Source: Geopsychrobacteraceae bacterium (GTDB taxonomy: Bacteria > Desulfobacterota > Desulfuromonadia > Desulfuromonadales > Geopsychrobacteraceae). Taken from it: 64,000 bases of DNA. Below the pieces are notes generated by a model. It searched no databases. It was not told where the DNA came from and saw only the letters and a program-made list of their open reading frames with translations. How positions within the stretch are numbered: position 1 is the stretch's first letter; every line of letters starts with the position of its first letter. Positions 43,019-52,907 of the stretch are shown here, in pieces. A program made the translations under genes and the position numbers. The DNA is taken from contig CAXXTB010000001.1 in NCBI GenBank assembly GCA_963676795.2, positions 1,056,001 to 1,120,000 on the forward strand, read 5' to 3'.

Positions 43019-44830
43019 GTGGCTAAGAAAACGATTCATATCATGAACACTGCGTTCCGTGATGGCTTTCAGTCCGTCTATGGTGCGCGCGTGTTGACCG
43101 AAGATTTTCTGCCGGCTGTCAAGGCCTGCGTCGAAGCAGGACAGACCCATTTTGAGGCTGGTGGCGGTGCCCGTTTTCAGGCACCGTTTTTTTATTGCAA
43201 CGAGTCGGCCTTTGACATGATGGACAAGTTCCGCGCGGCAGCAGGTCCGGATGCCGACCTGCAGACGTTATCCCGCGGCATCAACGTCGTCGGGCTCGAT
43301 TCCCAACCGCGTGATATTATCGATCTGCATGCCAAGATGTTTGCCAAGCATGGTATCACCACGATCCGCAATTTTGACGCGCTCAACGATGTCAATAACC
43401 TGATCGACTCGGCCAGGTCGATCAAGGCCCACGGTCTCAAGCATGAAGTCGTGGTCACCATGATGGAACTGCCACCCGGCTGTGAAGGGGCTCATACCGT
43501 CGAGTTTTACAAGAAGACCCTGCAGGCCATTCTTGATGCCGAGATTCCCTTCGACAGCGTTTGCTTCAAGGATGCGTCCGGAACCTCAGCACCACGCAAG
43601 GTCTATGACACGATCGCCATGGCCTGCAAGCTGTTGCCGGGGGATTGCAAGATCGTTTTTCACTCCCATGAAACGGCCGGTGTCGGCACCGTGGGCTATC
43701 TCGCTGCGATCAAGGCCGGTGCCGATCAGGTCGATTGCTCTATGGCCCCGGCCTCCGGCGGGACCTGTCAGCCTGACGTCTCGACCCTGTGGCATGCGCT
43801 GCGCGGTGAAGACTACGAGCTTGATATCGACATCGACAAGATGATGCACGCAGAAACGATCTTCAAGGAATGTATGATCGATTACATGCTCCCACCGGAG
43901 GCCAAGGCGGTCGAGCCGATGATTCCCTGGTCGCCGATGCCGGGAGGGGCGCTGACCGCCAACACCCAGATGATGCGCGATAACAATCTGATGAACAGAT
44001 ACGAAGATTGCATCAAGGCGATGGGGGAGGTGGTCCGGAGGGGTGGCTTCGGCACCTCGGTCACCCCGGTTTCCCAGTTTTATTTTCAGCAGGCCTTCAA
44101 TAACGTGATCTTCGGGCCCTGGGAAAAGATCGCCGAGGGGTACGGCAAGATGGTGCTCGGCTACTTCGGCAAAACACCGGTTCCCCCCGACCCTGAAATC
44201 GTCAGGATCGCCGCCGAGAAAATGGAGCTCGAGCCGACCACCGAGAATCCGGTCGATATCAACGATCGTGATCCGAGCAAGGGGGTCGCTGCGGCGAAGA
44301 AGCTGCTCAAGGACAACGATATTGAGAAATCGGACGAAAATATCTTTATTGCCGCGACCTGCAAGCAGAAGGGGATCGACTTCCTGCTCGGCAAGGCCGA
44401 AATCAACGGTGTGCGCAAGAAGGGGCTGACCAAGGAAGAAGAGAAGCCTGCGGCACCGGGGGGTGACGGATGCTATATGGTGAAAGTCGGCGGCCGGGAA
44501 TACGCGGTCGAGATGAAGGGGGATAAGGCCAGCGTCAACGGCCAGATCTATGACATCTCTATTTGTGACTGTGATAAGTCCTCCGCCGCGGGACAGGTTG
44601 CCCACGAATCGGTCGACTCTATCGAAGTCTCTGCGCCGATGAATGCCAAAATTATCAAGGTCAACTTTTCGGTGGGGGACCACGTGAATGAAGGGGATGT
44701 GATTTTTGTTGTTGAAGCGATGAAGATGGAATTCGACGTTAAGGCTTCCGCAGGCGGGACGCTCTCTTCTGTTGCCGTGAATGTCGGCGATCAGGTCGTA
44801 TCCGGCCAGGCGATGGCTTCGATCAACTAA
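43019..44830 (+). CDS. oadA: Oxaloacetate decarboxylase alpha subunit
   Basis: RDGFQS, GGGARF, FDALND, KDASG, HSH metal motif, MPGG, VTPVSQ, C-terminal EAMKM biotinyl domain. Confidence 0.92.
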   Translation: MAKKTIHIMNTAFRDGFQSVYGARVLTEDFLPAVKACVEAGQTHFEAGGGARFQAPFFYCNESAFDMMDKFRAAAGPDADLQTLSRGINVVGLDSQPRDIIDLHAKMFAKHGITTIRNFDALNDVNNLIDSARSIKAHGLKHEVVVTMMELPPGCEGAHTVEFYKKTLQAILDAEIPFDSVCFKDASGTSAPRKVYDTIAMACKLLPGDCKIVFHSHETAGVGTVGYLAAIKAGADQVDCSMAPASGGTCQPDVSTLWHALRGEDYELDIDIDKMMHAETIFKECMIDYMLPPEAKAVEPMIPWSPMPGGALTANTQMMRDNNLMNRYEDCIKAMGEVVRRGGFGTSVTPVSQFYFQQAFNNVIFGPWEKIAEGYGKMVLGYFGKTPVPPDPEIVRIAAEKMELEPTTENPVDINDRDPSKGVAAAKKLLKDNDIEKSDENIFIAATCKQKGIDFLLGKAEINGVRKKGLTKEEEKPAAPGGDGCYMVKVGGREYAVEMKGDKASVNGQIYDISICDCDKSSAAGQVAHESVDSIEVSAPMNAKIIKVNFSVGDHVNEGDVIFVVEAMKMEFDVKASAGGTLSSVAVNVGDQVVSGQAMASIN

Positions 44831-44858
44831 CCCGAACCACGAACGGAGAGTTTGTCAA

Positions 44859-46349
44859 ATGAAGAGATTGATAACCATCCTGCTTGTCGCCAGCGTTGTT
44901 CTGGGGAGCGTGGTTCTGGTCCAGGCCCAGGATGATTCAGGAATTGTCGAAAAGGATGCAACGGTCAGGCATCTGTCCATCGGTGGCGGCTTCCAGAAGC
45001 TTTGGAAAGAAACCGGAATCTACCGATTTATTCATCCTAAAACGGCAGAAGAAAAGGCCGTGGAATATCGCGCCATTCTGATCCAGACCGTCGACGCGGA
45101 GGTCTCCGCAGGACATTTTCAGGGTGCCATGGAGACGATCCATAAGGCTCATGGTGTCGATGATGAGTTGCTTGCTGAGCTGACCCAAAAGGTCGAGGCG
45201 GCCGAAGCCCGGGGTTTTGAGCCTTCGCGGCTGCTGCCGGAAGGGGCTGGGCAGTTCGTGATGATCCTGGTCGGCCTGCTGCTGATCTTTCTGGCCATCA
45301 AAAAAGGCTTCGAACCCCTGCTTTTGCTGCCGATCGGTTTCGGCGCAATCCTGACCAATATTCCGGTGGCGGGTATCGCCGATGGGCCGATCCTCGGCCA
45401 GGCCGGCGGTTTTCTCTATTACTTCTATATGGTCGGGGTGGAGTCAGGGGTCTTTCCGCTGCTTATCTTCATGGGGGTCGGAGCGATGACCGATTTCGGT
45501 CCGCTGCTGGCCAACCCGAAGACCGCGCTGCTCGGAGCGGCTGCCCAGTTCGGTATTTTCATCGCTCTGCTTGGTGCCCTGGCTCTGACCCACTGGTCTG
45601 GTGGACTGATCAGCTTTGATTTACGGGATGCCGCTTCGATCGGCATCATCGGCGGCGCTGACGGACCGACCTCGATCTTCCTGACTTCGCGGCTGTCACC
45701 CAACCTGCTGGGAGCGGTGGCCGTGGCCGCCTATTCCTACATGGCGCTGGTGCCGATTATTCAGCCGCCGATCATGCGCCTGTTTACGACCAAGGCGGAA
45801 CGCGCCATCACCATGAAGCAGCTGCGTCATGTTTCAAAGACCGAGAAGATCATCTTTCCGTTGATGGTGCTGATTATCTGTATATTGTTGCTGCCATCGG
45901 CCACGCCGCTGATCGGCATGCTGATGCTCGGCAACCTGATGAAGGAGAGTGCAGTGGTTGACCGGCTGTCGGATACGGCCCAGAATGCGCTGATCAATAT
46001 CGTCACCATCATGCTCGGCACGGCGGTCGGTTCCAAGCTGGCGGCTGACAAGTTCCTCAATGCCAACACCCTGGGAATTCTGGCCCTGGGGCTGATCGCC
46101 TTCTGTATCGGCACGGCTGCCGGTGTGCTGCTGGCCAAGTTGATGAACAAGCTGAGCAAGGAGCAGATCAACCCGTTGATCGGTTCTGCCGGCGTTTCTG
46201 CAGTACCGATGGCGGCCCGGGTTTCCAACAAGTTGGGGATGGAAGCGAATGCGCAGAATTTCCTGCTGATGCACGCCATGGGCCCGAACGTCGCCGGGGT
46301 CATCGGCTCCGCCGTGGCCGCCGGTGTGCTGCTGGCTCTTGTTGGTTAA
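44859..46349 (+). CDS. oadB: Oxaloacetate decarboxylase beta subunit with N-terminal extension
   Basis: [45 protein letters not shown]. Confidence 0.95.
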   Translation: MKRLITILLVASVVLGSVVLVQAQDDSGIVEKDATVRHLSIGGGFQKLWKETGIYRFIHPKTAEEKAVEYRAILIQTVDAEVSAGHFQGAMETIHKAHGVDDELLAELTQKVEAAEARGFEPSRLLPEGAGQFVMILVGLLLIFLAIKKGFEPLLLLPIGFGAILTNIPVAGIADGPILGQAGGFLYYFYMVGVESGVFPLLIFMGVGAMTDFGPLLANPKTALLGAAAQFGIFIALLGALALTHWSGGLISFDLRDAASIGIIGGADGPTSIFLTSRLSPNLLGAVAVAAYSYMALVPIIQPPIMRLFTTKAERAITMKQLRHVSKTEKIIFPLMVLIICILLLPSATPLIGMLMLGNLMKESAVVDRLSDTAQNALINIVTIMLGTAVGSKLAADKFLNANTLGILALGLIAFCIGTAAGVLLAKLMNKLSKEQINPLIGSAGVSAVPMAARVSNKLGMEANAQNFLLMHAMGPNVAGVIGSAVAAGVLLALVG

Positions 46350-46354
46350 TAGAT

Positions 46355-46398
46355 CAGCATGCAAGAGGGCCGCTGCAAGGCGGCCCTCTTGCATGCTG
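46355..46398 (+). terminator. Perfect 19-bp hairpin after oadB
   Basis: CAGCATGCAAGAGGGCCGC-TGCAAG-GCGGCCCTCTTGCATGCTG. Confidence 0.7.
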
Positions 46399-46443
46399 GC
46401 AATATCCGGATTGTGTCGCAGTCAGTTTTAACCGGTTTCTGTC

Positions 46444-46846
46444 AAAACTCCGCACCGCGGAGTTTTTCCGGTTCTGCCCATTAGCTGGGCTTGTTCAGCG
46501 TGGGGCGCGCTGTCAGTTTCTGGTGTAAACCTATGAAGAGATGAAGGCTGGAACGACATATATAAAAAGGATCTTTTGGTTCCTTTTGGAGCCCAGCCAA
46601 AGGGAACTCGGCGTGCGGGGCCGAGACCCCGTGGTCTTGGTTTTCGACTGCTTTGGAAGTCATACAATCAAAATCTCCGGTTCTCGCACCGGCAGGCGAC
46701 ACACTTTTCTTTGATCGCAAAGAAAAGTGTGCAAAAGAAACTTTAGAAAAACACTGACGTAAATTGGTTGCTTAGTTCCGTAGCGGTTCATCCCGGCACA
46801 ACGGAACGCGCCCTGAGATGAGCAAGCTCATCAACGGGCAGAACCG
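46444..46846. repeat. Nested palindromic non-coding element (REPIN/MITE-like or structured RNA)
   Basis: Terminal IR CGGTTCTGCCC/GGGCAGAACCG with extended pairing and several internal hairpins; no credible ORF. Confidence 0.6.
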
Positions 46847-46871
46847 AATTATGATTAACTGATTTCCTTAA

Positions 46872-48557
46872 TTACCTGTCCACAACCTCCATCTTCGAAA
46901 ACCTGTTCCCCAGGATCACCGCCAGAACGACCAGCAGCGACGAGATGAAAATCATGATGATCCCCAGTGCCGACAGCCTGCCCCACAGCCCGTCTTCGGC
47001 AAAGCGCAGGATCTGGACGGCGAGAACCTCGGTGCCGGGGCGAGAGAGGACGACCGAGAGGGTCAGCTCGCGCAGGAACATGCTCGCCATCAGGATCCAG
47101 CCGGAAACGATACCGGGGATGAGCAGCGGAATGATGATCCGGCGCAGGGTGTAGAAGGGACTGCCGCCGCAGACCCGCGACGATTCCTCCAGGGTGCTGT
47201 GAATCTGGATAAAAGCGCTGGAGAGCGGGCGGATGCCGTATGGCAGGTAGGTGGCGATGTAGCCGATCAGCAGTGCCGTCAGGGTGCCGTAGAGCGGGGT
47301 GCGGACAAAGAACCACATGAAGCCGACACCGATGACGATACCGGGAAAGGAGAAGGAAAGAAAGCTGAGCGATTCAAGGAACCCGGACGCCTTGGTGCGG
47401 ATCTTGACGATGACATAGGAGACGAAGATTGACAGGATCGTCCCCAGTGTTGCGCCGACCACGCCCAGATACAGGCTGTTCTTCAGCGAGAGCAGGGAGA
47501 TCGGATCCTTGAGAACATCGATCCAGTTATTCCAGCTCATCAGCGAGAAGGCGCGGGCGCTTGGCGGCATCGAGTAGGGGAGCATGGAGATGTAGAACAG
47601 GACCAGCACCGGCAGCAGGATAAGGATAAAGGAGAGAATGCCGACGATGACGAGCAGCGGGTATTTCCCCTTCTTCAGTTTCAGCAGGGTCGGCTTGAAG
47701 CCGCGACTGGAGATGGTGACAAACTTGCCACTTTCCGCAGTCAGATAGCGGTAGACATAGATCAGGGTGATCGAGGCGACGAGGGCGCTCATGCCGATCG
47801 CCGCGGCGAGACCGTAGTCGGCGGCGAAACCGCTCGAGATGTTGCGGTAGATATGGGTGGAAAGGACGTAGATCCGTCCCGGCATGCCGAGTACCGAAGG
47901 AACGGCGAAGGAGGCCAGGCTTCTGACGATGACCAGGATCGCCGAGGCGAGGATCGCCGGGCGCAGTACCGGCAGGGTGACCTTGAACAGAGTGCGCAGG
48001 TTGGAGGCGCCGCAGACCTTTGACGATTCCTCCAGCGAAACGTCAAAGGCGCTCATCGCCGGGGCGATGATCAGGTAGGCGATCGGCAGGTCGAGCAGCC
48101 CCTCGACAAGGATCATCCCTTTGAGTGAGTAGATGTTGAACAGCGCATGGCGGACCTCGAAGAGGTTCATGAACAGGCGGTTGATGATGCCGTTGCTCGG
48201 ATTGAGCAGCAGGACCCAGCTGGCGGAAAAGAGGATGTGGGGGATCATCATCGGGATGATCGAGATGATCTTGAAGATGAACTTGAACGGCAGGTCGGTG
48301 CGGGTGTTGACGTAGGCCAGAAACAGGGCGAGCAGGGTTGCGTGGAGTGCCGATCCGACGGTGAAGATCACCGTGTTGACCAGGATATCGGCGAAATCGG
48401 AGTCGCTGTAGGCGGCGACATACTTGCTCGTGGTGAACTGGCCGAAGCTGACGAAATCCTTTGAAAAACTGCCGAGCAGCAGCATGACGACCGGACACAG
48501 GGTCAAAAAGCCAACGATGATGATCAAGGTTGTGGTCAGGGTCGGTTTTTTGAACAT
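46872..48557 (-). CDS. Fe3+/FbpB-type ABC transporter permease (two-repeat)
   Basis: Two EAA-like loops (LEESSKVCGA, LEESSRVCGG), ~12 TM. Confidence 0.9.
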   Translation of the reverse strand: MFKKPTLTTTLIIIVGFLTLCPVVMLLLGSFSKDFVSFGQFTTSKYVAAYSDSDFADILVNTVIFTVGSALHATLLALFLAYVNTRTDLPFKFIFKIISIIPMMIPHILFSASWVLLLNPSNGIINRLFMNLFEVRHALFNIYSLKGMILVEGLLDLPIAYLIIAPAMSAFDVSLEESSKVCGASNLRTLFKVTLPVLRPAILASAILVIVRSLASFAVPSVLGMPGRIYVLSTHIYRNISSGFAADYGLAAAIGMSALVASITLIYVYRYLTAESGKFVTISSRGFKPTLLKLKKGKYPLLVIVGILSFILILLPVLVLFYISMLPYSMPPSARAFSLMSWNNWIDVLKDPISLLSLKNSLYLGVVGATLGTILSIFVSYVIVKIRTKASGFLESLSFLSFSFPGIVIGVGFMWFFVRTPLYGTLTALLIGYIATYLPYGIRPLSSAFIQIHSTLEESSRVCGGSPFYTLRRIIIPLLIPGIVSGWILMASMFLRELTLSVVLSRPGTEVLAVQILRFAEDGLWGRLSALGIIMIFISSLLVVLAVILGNRFSKMEVVDR

Positions 48558-48565
48558 ACGCGGAC

Positions 48566-49651
48566 CTATGATTCCAGCAGGAAGCAGTGGTCAGGGTCGA
48601 AGGAGACGCAAATTTCATCCCCTTCTCGAAAATCCGCGGTCGGTTCGACGGTCGTGGTCAGGACTGTTTCGCCGATACGGATCTCCCCTTCGTAGGCTTC
48701 GCCGATGAATACCAGTGTTTCCACCCGGCCGCTGTAGCTGTTCTGTTGCTTTTTCAACTCCTGGCTCAGGCGGATGAACTCAGGGCGCACGCAGAGAAAC
48801 GCCTCCTGTCCCGCCTGCAACTGTTGGCTGTTCAGGGCACGGACGACTCCGATATCCGAGTCGAACAGTGCATGGTCGCCGTCGAGCTCTTTGATCTTGC
48901 CCCTGATCAGGTTGGCGCGGCCGATAAAATCGGCGACGAACTGACTGTCCGAATTGAAGTAGATCTTCTGCGGCTCGCCGATTTCAACGATCTTGCCGGC
49001 GCGCATGACTGCGATCTGGTCGGACAGGGCCAACGCCTCGATCCGGTCGTGGGTGACGTAGATAGCGGTGATCTGCAGCTCGGTGAGGAAGCTGCGCAGC
49101 TCCTTGCGGGTCTCTTCGCGCAGCTTGGCGTCAAGATTACTTAAGGGTTCGTCAAAGAGGATGACCTTGGGTTCCGCGACCAGGGCGCGGGCCAGCGCTA
49201 CGCGCTGCTGCTGACCGCCACTCAGCTTGGTTGCCGGGCGCTTCTCGAAACCGCTCAGTTGGACGAAATCCAGGACTTGAGCCACCTTGCGACGGATTTC
49301 CTCCCTGGAAAGCTTCCGGGTCTGCAGCGGGTAGGCGACGTTGTCGAAAACGTTCATGTGCGGCCAGATGGCGTAGGTCTGAAAGACCATGCCGAGGCCC
49401 CGCCGTTCCGGTGGGATGTAGATGTTCTTTTCTTTTGACCAGACCAGCTCGTCACCGATATAGATCTCGCCGCCATCGGGAGCCTCTAGACCGACGATGC
49501 AGCGCAGCAGCGTGGTCTTGCCACAACCGCTGGGGCCGAGCAGCGTGAAAATGCGATTTCCGGGGATGGTCAGGTCGACATGATCAAGTGCCCTGATCTG
49601 TTTCCCTTCGGAGTAATAGGTTCTCACCAGATCATGTATGCGGATGTCCAT
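48566..49651 (-). CDS. ABC transporter ATP-binding protein (FbpC/PotA type, TOBE domain)
   Basis: GPSGCGKT, LSGGQQQR, ILFDEPLSNLD, YVTHD. Confidence 0.95.
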   Translation of the reverse strand: MDIRIHDLVRTYYSEGKQIRALDHVDLTIPGNRIFTLLGPSGCGKTTLLRCIVGLEAPDGGEIYIGDELVWSKEKNIYIPPERRGLGMVFQTYAIWPHMNVFDNVAYPLQTRKLSREEIRRKVAQVLDFVQLSGFEKRPATKLSGGQQQRVALARALVAEPKVILFDEPLSNLDAKLREETRKELRSFLTELQITAIYVTHDRIEALALSDQIAVMRAGKIVEIGEPQKIYFNSDSQFVADFIGRANLIRGKIKELDGDHALFDSDIGVVRALNSQQLQAGQEAFLCVRPEFIRLSQELKKQQNSYSGRVETLVFIGEAYEGEIRIGETVLTTTVEPTADFREGDEICVSFDPDHCFLLES

Positions 49652-49666
49652 AAAACCTCAATAATA

Positions 49667-49696
49667 CGGTCGGAGCCGAAGCGATGGCTCCGACCG
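49667..49696 (-). other. Intercistronic hairpin between SBP and ATPase genes
   Basis: CGGTCGGAGCC-N8-GGCTCCGACCG. Confidence 0.55.
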
Positions 49697-49724
49697 AAAT
49701 CAGGTTCTCAAAAAATAAGGCGGA

Positions 49725-50699
49725 TCAATAGAAGATCTTCTGGAACTCATCGCCCCAGTGCTTGATCTCATCATCCGAGAGTTCGCGGATCGGCAGAACC
49801 TTGACCTTATCGATGCCGGCGATCGGCGGATAGACGCCGGGAGTCAGGACATATTCACCGACCTGGTCAGCGAGCAGTTGCATGGCCTGTTTGCTCAGCC
49901 AGTAATCGACGAATTTTCTGGCACCGTCCGGGTTGGGAGCCTTGGCCGCCACAGCCATGGCTCGGGTCGTGCCGAACAGGGTGTCAACCCGGGCCCAGTC
50001 GAGAGGAGCCGGGGCCTTGGTGATGATGTATTTCGGCATGGAAATGCCGATCAGCTTTTCACCGCTTTCGATCGGTGCCGGAGAGGGGCCAAACGATTTG
50101 ACGAACATCGGCTTGTTGGCAGCGAGGCCCTTGAGGAACTTCATCCAGCCGTCGTCATCGCCGAAAATCCCGGCTTCTTTGAGGCCGACCAGCCAGGAGA
50201 TGGTTGTTGCATGCGAGGCGGGGTCGGGCATGACGATCTTGTCGAACCATTTCGGATCGGTCAGATCCATGTAGCTTTTGGGTACGTCCTCAGGTTTGAC
50301 CAGTTCTTTGTTGTAGATGGGAGCGACATATTCGATACCGAACTGGATGATCGTATCGTCTTCATTGGCCCAGGCCGGGTAGCCAGCGGCTGAAGGAGAT
50401 CTGTAAGGGGTCAGCACGCCCTTTTCCTTGAGCATCTGGAGTATCGGCAAAGGACCCTGGAGAACGTCGGCCTGAAGTTTTCCGGCAGAAAATTCGGTCA
50501 GAACCGTGGCCAGGTATTTGGCAGTCGAGATCCGGGTATAGATACCCTCTTCGGCACTCTGACCGGCATTGAAGTCGGCCATGATCGGTTCAATAGCTGT
50601 GATATTGGCGTAGAGGTTGACTTTTTCCGCGGCCGCTAGCGTTGAACACAGGCCGCCAAGCAGGGTGAGACCAAGCAGCAGAACAACAATCTTCTTCAT
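49725..50699 (-). CDS. ABC transporter substrate-binding protein (Fe3+/AfuA-like fold)
   Basis: Signal peptide, QADVL, YNKELV..PKSYMDLTDPKW, APNPDGARKFVDYWLS. Confidence 0.85.
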   Translation of the reverse strand: MKKIVVLLLGLTLLGGLCSTLAAAEKVNLYANITAIEPIMADFNAGQSAEEGIYTRISTAKYLATVLTEFSAGKLQADVLQGPLPILQMLKEKGVLTPYRSPSAAGYPAWANEDDTIIQFGIEYVAPIYNKELVKPEDVPKSYMDLTDPKWFDKIVMPDPASHATTISWLVGLKEAGIFGDDDGWMKFLKGLAANKPMFVKSFGPSPAPIESGEKLIGISMPKYIITKAPAPLDWARVDTLFGTTRAMAVAAKAPNPDGARKFVDYWLSKQAMQLLADQVGEYVLTPGVYPPIAGIDKVKVLPIRELSDDEIKHWGDEFQKIFY

Positions 50700-50865
50700 A
50701 ACGAATCTCCTTTCTTGAGACCTGATATGCTGTCAGTCGGGTTCAGAAGCTGTTCGTAGCAAGGTGAAATCAAAGCAGATACATATTTATTGAATAATTG
50801 TGCGTCAAATTTAGTTTAACAGGAATTCGGTGGGGCGTATTTGTTGGCGGAATATTTTTGAAAAG

Positions 50866-50898
50866 AAAAAGGGGTTACGTTGAAAAACGTAACCCCTT
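50866..50898 (-). terminator. Terminator of tRNA-Phe
   Basis: AAAAAGGGGTTACGTT-GAAA-AACGTAACCCCTT. Confidence 0.75.
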
Positions 50899-50907
50899 GA
50901 TTTCTTA

Positions 50908-50983
50908 TGGTGCCCAGAGACAGAATCGAACTGCCGACACGAGGATTTTCAATCCTCTGCTCTACCGACTGAGCTATCTGGGC
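50908..50983 (-). tRNA. tRNA-Phe(GAA)
   Basis: GCCCAGA..TCTGGGC acceptor stem, GAGGA-TTGAAAA-TCCTC anticodon arm, TTCGATT T-loop, CCA. Confidence 0.97.
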
Positions 50984-51116
50984 GAAGCGAAGGTGGTTAT
51001 AACGAAAGCGTCAGTGAGAGTCAAGAAAAATTGCGAAGTTTTTTTTGAACTTTTTTTTCTTGCTTAAACGTGGACTGCTTGTGTAAGCTCCACCGCAACG
51101 AAAGGGATTATTCATT

Positions 51117-51200
51117 ATGTTGTTCAACGCTTCTTACTTTAGCTTTTATTTTTGGTTTTTTGGCTTTTTTAAGCCGTCTGCCAGGGGTGAGGGTGCGTAA
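51117..51200 (+). CDS. Aromatic amino acid attenuator leader peptide (27 aa)
   Basis: MLFNASYFSFYFWFFGFFKPSARGEGA: 8 Phe, 2 Tyr, 1 Trp; AAGGGA RBS; precedes DAHP synthase. Confidence 0.85.
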   Translation: MLFNASYFSFYFWFFGFFKPSARGEGA

Positions 51201-51267
51201 GAGCTAGTAACGACACTTAGTATATAAACCATGGCAGAACGGCAAACCGCTTCTTCCATGGTTTTTT
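51173..51267 (+). promoter_or_regulatory. Transcription attenuator (antiterminator/terminator)
   Basis: GCCGTCTGCCA (51173-83) pairs with TGGCAGAACGGC (51232-43), mutually exclusive with terminator AAACCATGG...CCATGGTTTTTT (51226-51267). Confidence 0.8.
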
Positions 51268-51361
51268 CATTTTCAGGATCATCGAAAAAAAAATGATAAG
51301 GCCGCCGGAAGAACCGGGGGCCTTTTGCCTTTCCTTAACCAAGATGAAAGGGATAAATACG

Positions 51362-52387
51362 ATGATTATTGTCATGAAGAAGGGGGCCAGTCAGGCCGAG
51401 CTGAGTGCGGTTTCAAAGAAGATCATTGAACTGGGCTATCAGCCGCACATTATTCACGGTGAGACCCGCAACGTCGTCGGTGCGGTTGGCGAAGAGCGTG
51501 GTAAGGAAAAGCTGACGATTCTTGAGTCGATGCCGGGTGTTGAGAACGTTGTCCCGATTCTCAAGCCTTACAAGCTGGCCAGCCGGGAGGTGCAGCCGGA
51601 ACCGTCCGCCGTGGAGATCGTTCCGGGGCTGGCCATCGGTGGCAAGGAGTTCATCGTCGTTGGTGGCCCCTGTGCCGTTGAAAGCCATGACCAGATCTGC
51701 GAAACTGCGCTGGCGGTCAAGGAAGGCGGTGCCAGGTTGTTGCGTGGGGGTGCCTATAAACCGCGGACCAGTCCGTATTCTTTCCAGGGGATGGAAGAAG
51801 AGGGGCTGAAGCTGCTTGCCGAGGCCCGCGATATTACCGGCCTGCCGATTGTGACCGAGGTCGTCAACCCGCGCGATGTTGAAACCGTTGCCAAGTATGC
51901 CGATATAATGCAGGTCGGCGCACGCAATACCCAGAACTTTGCGCTGCTGAAACTGCTCGGCCAGGTTGACAAGCCGATTCTGCTCAAGCGCGGCATGGCG
52001 ACAACGATTCAGGAATTTCTGATGAGTGCCGAATATATTCTCTCTGAAGGGAACCGTCGTGTTATTCTCTGTGAGCGCGGCATCCGGACCTTTGAAACGG
52101 CAACCCGTAATACCCTGGATATCTCGGCTGTACCGGTCCTCAAGCAGCAGACCCACCTGCCGGTCATGATCGATCCGTCTCATGCGACAGGTCACGCGCA
52201 TCTTGTCCCTTCGATGTGTTATGCGGCCGCGGCGGCGGGTGCCGATGGTCTGCTGGTAGAGGTCCATCCTTGCCCTGAAAAGGCTGCAAGTGACGGCCCT
52301 CAATCTCTGCGGCCGGAAGAGTTCCGTGCCATGATGAAAAAACTGAAACTGTTTGTCGAGGCCGCCGATCGGGAGCTGGCCCTGTGA
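51362..52387 (+). CDS. aroF: DAHP synthase, class I-beta with N-terminal regulatory domain
   Basis: MIIVMK N-domain, [55 protein letters not shown]. Confidence 0.96.
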   Translation: MIIVMKKGASQAELSAVSKKIIELGYQPHIIHGETRNVVGAVGEERGKEKLTILESMPGVENVVPILKPYKLASREVQPEPSAVEIVPGLAIGGKEFIVVGGPCAVESHDQICETALAVKEGGARLLRGGAYKPRTSPYSFQGMEEEGLKLLAEARDITGLPIVTEVVNPRDVETVAKYADIMQVGARNTQNFALLKLLGQVDKPILLKRGMATTIQEFLMSAEYILSEGNRRVILCERGIRTFETATRNTLDISAVPVLKQQTHLPVMIDPSHATGHAHLVPSMCYAAAAAGADGLLVEVHPCPEKAASDGPQSLRPEEFRAMMKKLKLFVEAADRELAL

Positions 52388-52572
52388 TACTACTTGAGTC
52401 AGTGAGTGGGCGGCGGAAAAGAAGTGCAAGGGCTTGTCGTGAATGAGCTATCAAAAAATGTGAGTCGCACCCAAAGGTTCGGCGGTCATTTTTTGATAAC
52501 TCAGGTGCGGCAATGACTTGTGCTTATAGTCGCTGATCCACGCATTGATTCAGGTACTAAAAAGAGGTGTTT

Positions 52573-52860
52573 ATGTATTTTGTCCCCCTGTCGCAGCTCG
52601 AGAGTGTCGAGCTGCTCGTCCACAGCCTCAAGGCTGCTGCTGGAGAGGCGGACTGTAAGATGTGTCCGGCTTATAAGGTCTGCATGAAGCAGTGCCTGAC
52701 GATTGCCGATTCTGTCGGGCAGATGCTGCAGAATGGAACCTTGCCTTATATCGGTGGTGATGCTGCCGGGACTCTGGCTCCTGGTCCGGAACCGGAGCAT
52801 GAGCCGGAACCGCCGGGCGGGGGTGCATCAGGAGGATCACACCTGAAAATAGTCAAATAG
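52573..52860 (+). CDS. Small hypothetical protein with C-x2-C-x5-C-x3-C motif and SspB-like tail
   Basis: AGAGG RBS; CKMCPAYKVCMKQC; Pro/Gly linker; C-terminal HLKIVK. Confidence 0.7.
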   Translation: MYFVPLSQLESVELLVHSLKAAAGEADCKMCPAYKVCMKQCLTIADSVGQMLQNGTLPYIGGDAAGTLAPGPEPEHEPEPPGGGASGGSHLKIVK

Positions 52861-52907
52861 GTTGACGGTAAGGATAATATTTAGCGATCGATAGAGGTTG
52901 GTGACAG

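Noticed and set aside
51240..51262. GGCAAACC resembling the start of a c-di-GMP-I riboswitch
   Set aside because: The rest of the motif is absent, and the bases are explained as the loop of the attenuator terminator.
52449..52498. Inverted repeat TATCAAAAAATG/CATTTTTTGATA after aroF
   Set aside because: Most simply a 3' hairpin or terminator for aroF; nothing supports a further role.
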